The position numbers were made by a program, and so were the translations under genes. A DNA stretch of 64,000 bases from Candidatus Omnitrophota bacterium (lineage in GTDB: Bacteria > Omnitrophota > Omnitrophia > JAHJGZ01 > JAFGJY01): positions 3,625-67,624 of the forward strand of contig JAFGJY010000089.1 of the NCBI GenBank assembly GCA_016928875.1. The letters are read 5' to 3'. The notes below the pieces were generated by a model. The model did no database searches, was not told the DNA's origin, and worked only from the letters and a program-made list of their open reading frames with translations. This document shows, one piece after another, positions 36,225-41,949 of the stretch (positions within the stretch are counted from its first letter, which is position 1; each line of letters starts with the position of its first letter).

Positions 36225-37255
36225 TATGATGTCTCCCTCTCCAGCACATTATCTACCTCTGCCGCTAGACTCACTACCTCGTTCTTTGTGGCAGCGCTCA
36301 GGCCGCTCATGTACCATAGCATGATACTTGTAGCAACAATGACAACCTCTGATGCCCTGATAATAAGTGCCGTCGAAAGCGCCTCCGCAGCAGTTAAGCC
36401 GTGAGATGTAAATATGGCAACGTATAATCCCTCCCTGACACCGACCGATGAAAATGATATCGGCAATCTCTCTAATAGCGATATCAAGGGGACAACGCCA
36501 AGCACTGCTAAGTAAGAAAATTCATGCCCTATTGCCCGCAAAGAAAAGAACGCCGCCGTGCCATACAGCGTTTTTTCCGCGACCGAGGCAAGAAAATAAA
36601 TGAAGACGAGCCGTTTCGCCTGATGCACCTGGAAAAGGACTGTAAAAAAAGCTTTCACCTTATGTTTCAAGGACTCCGGAATGAATGGAATACGGACCTT
36701 TACAATTGCACTATATTTAACAAGATCAAGCGATAGCAGCACTAGTATGCACAAGGCGAGAAAGCACGTTAGGCCGGCACCCCACCAGTTCATATTATTT
36801 CCCGGGAATACAACAGGAATGCTAAATGGCAAAAGGAGAGAAATTATACCGAACGATGAAACCATACCTATGGTGCGCTCAACAATGATCGATGATAATA
36901 CGCTCGGAATATCACCCGCTTTGTGTTTGACCATAAAGTATGTTTTGTACGAATCGATCCCGATCGTCGAAGGTAAAAAAAAGCTAAACCCACGGCCGGT
37001 AAAATACGCGATCACCGGCATTCTTACCGGCACGCGGATCCCGAACGCATACAGCAGTATATTCCATTTACTCCCCATCACTGCCAGATCGAGAATACAC
37101 GTGAGAAGCACCAGGACCGCAAAGCCCCAAGAGACCCCAGAAAATACATCTACGAGTTCTCTGAAATCTACCAACCGGACAAGCAAGTAGATGAGCACAC
37201 ACAAAAATAGCGTGCGTACAATAAAACTCAAACGTTTCTTTTTATGTTTTTGCAT
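36224..37255 (-). CDS. UPF0104 'flippase-like' membrane protein (second copy)
   Basis: 343 aa, polytopic. N-terminus KKRLSFIVRTLFLCVLIYLLVRLVDF..; its start overlaps the asnB stop region. Confidence 0.6.
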   Translation of the reverse strand: MQKHKKKRLSFIVRTLFLCVLIYLLVRLVDFRELVDVFSGVSWGFAVLVLLTCILDLAVMGSKWNILLYAFGIRVPVRMPVIAYFTGRGFSFFLPSTIGIDSYKTYFMVKHKAGDIPSVLSSIIVERTIGMVSSFGIISLLLPFSIPVVFPGNNMNWWGAGLTCFLALCILVLLSLDLVKYSAIVKVRIPFIPESLKHKVKAFFTVLFQVHQAKRLVFIYFLASVAEKTLYGTAAFFSLRAIGHEFSYLAVLGVVPLISLLERLPISFSSVGVREGLYVAIFTSHGLTAAEALSTALIIRASEVVIVATSIMLWYMSGLSAATKNEVVSLAAEVDNVLERETS

Positions 37256-37263
37256 GATTTGAT

Positions 37264-37791
37264 CTAACGACGTGTAAAGATCACTTTTGCGGGATTACCC
37301 TGAACGATCGAATTATCAGGGATCGTTGATGAAACAACAGAATTAGGTGTAATAATAGAACCGGCACCAACAGACGCCCCGTCAAGGATCACCGCGCCGG
37401 CACCTATCCAAACATTGCCTCCAATAACAATACCTTTAGAGGTCTTTTCCTGCTCCAGTATCGGCATATCAATGCGATCATACCGATAATCTCCGGCCAC
37501 AATTGATACATTCGGACTTATCAAACATTTATCACCGATCTTCAGCCCCTTTTTGCCGCTCGAGATAAATGAAGAAACTCCGATCGATGTATTTTCTCCT
37601 ATTTCGATAGTGCCGTCAGTAGCTTTGATCTTAGTAAATGAACTGACAAACGTATTCTTCCCGATCATAAGATTCGAACTTAATTCGACTTCGGCACGAT
37701 GGCTGATAAAACATCTAAATTTCAAAAAATAAATAAGCGATGTCAACCACTGCGGGATCAAGAATCGTTGAGCGAACTTTTTTATGTTCAT
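37264..37791 (-). CDS. Left-handed beta-helix (hexapeptide) O-acetyltransferase
   Basis: Hexapeptide repeats ..IGGNVWIGAGAVILDGASVGAGSIITPNSVV.. . Confidence 0.8.
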   Translation of the reverse strand: MNIKKFAQRFLIPQWLTSLIYFLKFRCFISHRAEVELSSNLMIGKNTFVSSFTKIKATDGTIEIGENTSIGVSSFISSGKKGLKIGDKCLISPNVSIVAGDYRYDRIDMPILEQEKTSKGIVIGGNVWIGAGAVILDGASVGAGSIITPNSVVSSTIPDNSIVQGNPAKVIFTRR

Positions 37792-37814
37792 ATATCACCC
37801 TTTCTTACTATTGA

Positions 37815-38798
37815 TTACAAATACCCATTTGAAACATACCACTCATAGGTGCGTTTAAGTCCTTCTTCAATGCCGATACGTGGCGTATAGCCAAGATCCT
37901 GCGCAGCCTTTTTATTGGAAAAACCTCTGTTCTCCCAATACCACTCGGCACGCCGCTTAAAAAGGGGTGGCGTAATACCAAAGGGTTTACATACCCATTC
38001 ACAGGCGCATGAGACCCATAACAAAAGCCAATACGGTGCATATATGAATTTGAACTTCTTATTCATCACCTTGCCGACATATGTCACCAGATCGATCAAA
38101 GAATAATAATGTTCGTCCCCTATTAAATAGGCATTTCCAACGGCCGTTGCCGATACCATTGATTCCATGAACGCATCAACGAGATTATCTATATATACCG
38201 GATGATAGGTTATCTTCCCCGATCCAAACATCGGAAAATACCCCTTCTTGACCTGCTTGAAAATCATGAGAAAGCGTCCCGGATCACCCGGACCGTAAAT
38301 AGCGGTCGGCCTCAAAATAACAGTGGTAAGACCGTTTCCCTTAAATTCTTTGACGACTTTCTCCCCTTCATATTTTGAAAACTCATAATAATCCTTAGGG
38401 TTTATCGGTGCGTTTTCATCAGCCGGCGTTATATCAACTTTGCCATGAACACCTTCGGTACTACAATATATAAGACGCTTGACACCCGCATTCATCGCAG
38501 CATTACACACAATACGTGTGCCTTCGACATTAACTGACCAATAAACAGCTTTCGGCAGATCAACACCGCGAAAGGCAGCGGCTAAATGAAATACGATCTC
38601 ACATCCCTCCATTGCGCGCTCGACAGCATCTTTATCTGTAACGCTTCCATAGATGATCTCTACTCCAAGGCTTTTTAATTCTTTATCAAAAAGCCCCTCC
38701 TGATTATCAAGGCTCCTTACCTGATGCCCGTCATGCACCAATCGTCTTACCAAATGATGCCCCGTAAATCCCGTTCCGCCAGTGACTAGTATTTTCAT
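37815..38798 (-). CDS. NAD-dependent sugar epimerase/dehydratase (extended SDR)
   Basis: VTGGTGFTGHHLVRRL, YEFSKYEGEK (YxxxK). GGAGAG RBS before ATG 38798. Confidence 0.85.
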   Translation of the reverse strand: MKILVTGGTGFTGHHLVRRLVHDGHQVRSLDNQEGLFDKELKSLGVEIIYGSVTDKDAVERAMEGCEIVFHLAAAFRGVDLPKAVYWSVNVEGTRIVCNAAMNAGVKRLIYCSTEGVHGKVDITPADENAPINPKDYYEFSKYEGEKVVKEFKGNGLTTVILRPTAIYGPGDPGRFLMIFKQVKKGYFPMFGSGKITYHPVYIDNLVDAFMESMVSATAVGNAYLIGDEHYYSLIDLVTYVGKVMNKKFKFIYAPYWLLLWVSCACEWVCKPFGITPPLFKRRAEWYWENRGFSNKKAAQDLGYTPRIGIEEGLKRTYEWYVSNGYL

Positions 38799-38812
38799 AT
38801 ACTCTCCTGTAA

Positions 38813-39158
38813 TTTAGTTATTCGTAAATCGTAATTCGTAAAAAGTAATGCGTAAATCGTGGTTAGTATCTAGTGCCTCGTGTATCCTAATAATAAGCCA
38901 AATATCGGGACGTGCACTCCTTAAAATATATCTATTTTGAGGATAACGTCAAAACTTTAATCAGGGAAACATTTTTAGGATTTATATTTTGCGCACAGAT
39001 TAGTTGATGCGATAACTCTTTTATTTCAATTACGTTATGAACATACACCACGTTTTACGCCTTACGTTTTACGCATTACGCTTCACGCCTCACGTTTTAC
39101 GCATCGCGCCTCACAATTCACCAACCACAATCCACCAGCCACGATTCACCAACCACCT
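38813..39158. repeat. ORF-less inverted-repeat cassette: CGTAA-word arm (38813..38860), ~185-nt core, TTACG-word arm (39049..39113) plus CACCAACC-word block (39114..39158)
   Basis: The arms are mutually complementary word arrays. The 16-mer gtaattcgtaaaaagt (38831..38846) is identical to 39404..39419. The 22-mer gccttacgttttacgcattacg (39059..39080) is identical to 41863..41884. Confidence 0.75.
38925..38952 (-). promoter_or_regulatory. Candidate sigma70-type promoter inside the ORF-less cassette core
   Basis: The minus strand reads TTGACG (38952..38947) - 16 nt - TATATT (38930..38925), ~125 nt upstream of the epimerase ATG. The context is AT-rich, so a chance match is possible. Confidence 0.2.
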
Positions 39159-39382
39159 ACATTATTCCTGACCTTTTCTTTTATCGCCCTATACGTTGTC
39201 ATCTGTTGTATTTCAGCCATCGTGAATTTCATCGAAAACTCGTTTTCAAGCGCTGTGATCATACGTAAATGTGTCATCGAATCCCAATCACCATGAGACA
39301 CCTGGGAAAAATCGTCATTAATAGACTTTACATCAATATCAAAAAAATCCGCCAGAAATTCTTTTAATTGGTCTTCCATCAT
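39146..39382 (-). CDS. Acyl carrier protein
   Basis: 78 aa with GDWDSMTHLRMITALENEF (the DS phosphopantetheine-attachment Ser context). The last codons VGGW-stop are encoded by the CACCAACC-word block. Confidence 0.85.
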   Translation of the reverse strand: MMEDQLKEFLADFFDIDVKSINDDFSQVSHGDWDSMTHLRMITALENEFSMKFTMAEIQQMTTYRAIKEKVRNNVGGW

Positions 39383-39425
39383 ATACCTCGTAAGTCGTAA
39401 AATGTAATTCGTAAAAAGTTAATTG

Positions 39426-39785
39426 TTAGCGTTTCAACGAAAATATCAAACCATTTAACATCTTTTTTATGTCTGTTATTTCTTGTTCAATCTTAAAGGC
39501 ATCTTTAACATAACCCTGTTTTTGTGCTATCACAATATGTGTATCTAATTCTGCAAGAGAACCGAGAGCCACATACAAGAACTGCGCAAACTCCTTTTTT
39601 GATTGCCTGCCTGCACCCTCGGCTATATTGGCCGGGATCGATACAGCAGCACGACGCATTTGACTAATCATCCCAAACTTTTCATCATCAGGAAAAGCTT
39701 TCACTAATACATAGATGTCGCTTACAAGTTCTATGCTTCTTTTCCATACATCGAGATCTTTATGACTTTTGTAAGTACTCATCAC
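39426..39785 (-). CDS. Four-helix-bundle protein (23S rRNA intervening-sequence protein family), copy 1
   Basis: ..KDLDVWKRSIELV..FPDDEKFGMISQMRRAAVSIPANIAEGAGRQSKKEF.QFL.VALGSLAELDT.. is the hallmark of this family. Start is GTG 39785 or ATG 39782. Confidence 0.9.
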   Translation of the reverse strand: MMSTYKSHKDLDVWKRSIELVSDIYVLVKAFPDDEKFGMISQMRRAAVSIPANIAEGAGRQSKKEFAQFLYVALGSLAELDTHIVIAQKQGYVKDAFKIEQEITDIKKMLNGLIFSLKR

Positions 39786-39802
39786 GCCTCACGTTTTACG
39801 CC

Positions 39803-41668
39803 TTACGTCTTACGAATTACCTCGATCCACGGCGTCTCAGTAATGCTACCTTTAACATCAGTACACTCGTACTCTACCGTCCCGTCATCCAGCTTCATCA
39901 CGACCTCAAACCCATGTTCATCAAAAAACGTCTTACACGGCATATTCTTCTTCGTCGGCACATACTCCGCCTTTATCTTATCTATGCCCCATGCACCATG
40001 CACTATGCACTTTTTCAGCACTCCCATCGCCGCCGCCTCTATCCCTCGCCCGAGCGCTCGGCAACTTATTATAAAACTATCTATTACCGCTTCTTTATTT
40101 TCAATTTTTACGAGGTATGTCCCAATAATGCCCAAATTCCCGAACTTATCTTCTGCTTCAACTACATGAAGAATACAATTATTATCTTTATAAAAAATCT
40201 CAATATCGCCAATATCGTAGCGTTTTGTAGTTACATTAAACTGATTGGTTTTAATAAATAACTGGTGAACACGCGCAAGCTGGTCTGTGTTGGGTTTATA
40301 GACCCGCACGGATGTACCTAGCGAATGCAAATACTCATTAATGTCAGTAATAGCACTTTTCTCCTCTTCCCGCTTCCGTTGCTGTTTGTATTGGATTGAC
40401 TTGGTCGCATCTTCGGCCGTGATAGTCAAACGTTCAAAGCACGGCAACGAATAAATAAGAGGTGCATATTCAACGGGGTCATCAGATAACTGTATGGTCA
40501 TGACATCAGGCTGCGCTTCCCTCATAAGCTCGCATTCCGCCGGATTGTCATCTATAAAGACAATACTATCGAGCCCAATATTAAGCTGCCCCGCGATCTT
40601 TGCTATATTCACCGCTTTAGGCTCCCAATCGACCATGATCGCGGAAAAATCATCCAATGAAAGGGGCATCTCTGATGCACGCAGTTTAAAAAGCTCTTCA
40701 ACATCCGCCATATTGTTCTTACTGCAAATCGCTAACAGTATCCCTCTCGCCTTAAGTGACTTTATTGCATATTGGAACGCCCTAAAGGCTTCAGCCTGCG
40801 GATTACCCTGTCCTATCAACACACCCTGCGGCCCATCTTCACCTACTATACCGTCCCACAATGTATTGTCCAGATCAACAACTAAACACTTCATTGCGCA
40901 TCCCTTGATCACTTGAATATATCGAGCAATATCAGCAGCCATAAACCGCATGAAATCATCCGACCATTCGATCTTGGATAAATAATAAAAGGTATCGTCA
41001 CATGCACGTTCACTGCCAAACCGATTAACGGCACCCGCAAGATCATAAATAACAACGCGTGGATCCTTCTTAAATGCCGTACTCAACATAGTGTTAAGGT
41101 GAGCGTAAAATGCACTTTCACCAGCCTCACTTTTTGTATCAGCGATCCCATACGCTTTACGTGCCGGCATTGCAAAATTTGCCACCATGATCATCGACTT
41201 TGTGCTCTTAGAAACCATTTGAACCCACTGTTTACATTCATCGATGATACGGGCAGCCTCAGCTTTATGTTCTGCCGATGATAAAGAGCTATACTGATAA
41301 TAAATATCCGGAGACAATTCTCGCAGTGATAATTGGAAGAAAATGACGCTAGGCTTAGCGGCATATAGGCCAGATTGCGGATTAAGCGCCTCCTGTTGGT
41401 ACTGTCCATAGGGGGCTACATATTCAGAGATCGATATCCCTCTGCACAGCGCTGATGCAATAACATTACGTGAAATTACATCAAGGGTAGTATTTCCCAC
41501 AAATGAAACTTTAATATCCGTTTTATCAGCCTCTTTATTCTTTTTATAAATCAAATCAATGTCCTTTGAGGAAAGGTCTTCAGAAGCAACAGACACAAGT
41601 ATCTTCTTCAACGCAGAAATCGACTCACTATTTTTTATCGACTCTCTTAATTGCTTATTATCACTCAT
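39803..41668 (-). CDS. FkbH-like HAD-IIIC phosphatase/acyl-loading protein with C-terminal GNAT-like domain
   Basis: CLVVDLDNTLWDG (HAD DxDxT) and IFIDDNP. 621 aa. The last codons VIRKT-stop are encoded by the TTACG-word arm. Confidence 0.8.
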   Translation of the reverse strand: MSDNKQLRESIKNSESISALKKILVSVASEDLSSKDIDLIYKKNKEADKTDIKVSFVGNTTLDVISRNVIASALCRGISISEYVAPYGQYQQEALNPQSGLYAAKPSVIFFQLSLRELSPDIYYQYSSLSSAEHKAEAARIIDECKQWVQMVSKSTKSMIMVANFAMPARKAYGIADTKSEAGESAFYAHLNTMLSTAFKKDPRVVIYDLAGAVNRFGSERACDDTFYYLSKIEWSDDFMRFMAADIARYIQVIKGCAMKCLVVDLDNTLWDGIVGEDGPQGVLIGQGNPQAEAFRAFQYAIKSLKARGILLAICSKNNMADVEELFKLRASEMPLSLDDFSAIMVDWEPKAVNIAKIAGQLNIGLDSIVFIDDNPAECELMREAQPDVMTIQLSDDPVEYAPLIYSLPCFERLTITAEDATKSIQYKQQRKREEEKSAITDINEYLHSLGTSVRVYKPNTDQLARVHQLFIKTNQFNVTTKRYDIGDIEIFYKDNNCILHVVEAEDKFGNLGIIGTYLVKIENKEAVIDSFIISCRALGRGIEAAAMGVLKKCIVHGAWGIDKIKAEYVPTKKNMPCKTFFDEHGFEVVMKLDDGTVEYECTDVKGSITETPWIEVIRKT

Positions 41669-41703
41669 ATTTTGGAATATTAAAGGTAGGGTTTCTTATA
41701 TAT

Positions 41704-41833
41704 GTCGCGTCCCGGCTTGTTTTATGTCATTCCCGACTTACTTCACGTCATTTCCGACTTGCTTCACATCATTCCCGACTTGCTTCATGTCATTCCCGAC
41801 TTGCTTCATGTCATTCCCGCGAACGCGGGAATC
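41704..41833. repeat. 21-bp half-palindrome stutter array (about 6 units) ending in a full palindrome
   Basis: Units start at 41704, 41726, 41747, 41768 and 41789 (gtcattcccgacttgcttcat and variants). The terminal unit is gtcattcccgcgaacgcgggaatc (41810..41833). Confidence 0.85.
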
Positions 41834-41862
41834 TATATTGATGTTTCCGTTTAACTTCCCAT

Positions 41863-41949
41863 GCCTTACGTTTTACGCATTACGTCTTACTCCCCGCTAT
41901 CCACCAAGCACTAATCACCAACCACCAACCACTAACCACCATCCACCAA
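41863..41949. repeat. Second copy of the composite TTACG-word + CACCAACC-word block
   Basis: gccttacgttttacgcattacgtcttac, then atccaccaagcactaatcaccaaccaccaaccactaaccaccatccaccaat. It has the same order and orientation as 39049..39158. Confidence 0.8.

Noticed and set aside
37808-38041. The 77-aa minus-strand ORF overlapping the 3' end of the epimerase gene, and similar nested same-strand ORFs (1521..1832, 1914..2099, 19007..19201, 19393..19578, 41191..41409, 43602..43784).
   Set aside because: They are out-of-frame overlaps inside stronger CDSs, with no motifs and no RBS.
41704-41833. The 21-bp and 36-bp tandem arrays (also 2593..2655, 62445..62555) as possible CRISPR arrays.
   Set aside because: The units are directly adjacent with no unique spacers. 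The period is too short, no cas genes are present, and each array ends in a complete palindromic element.
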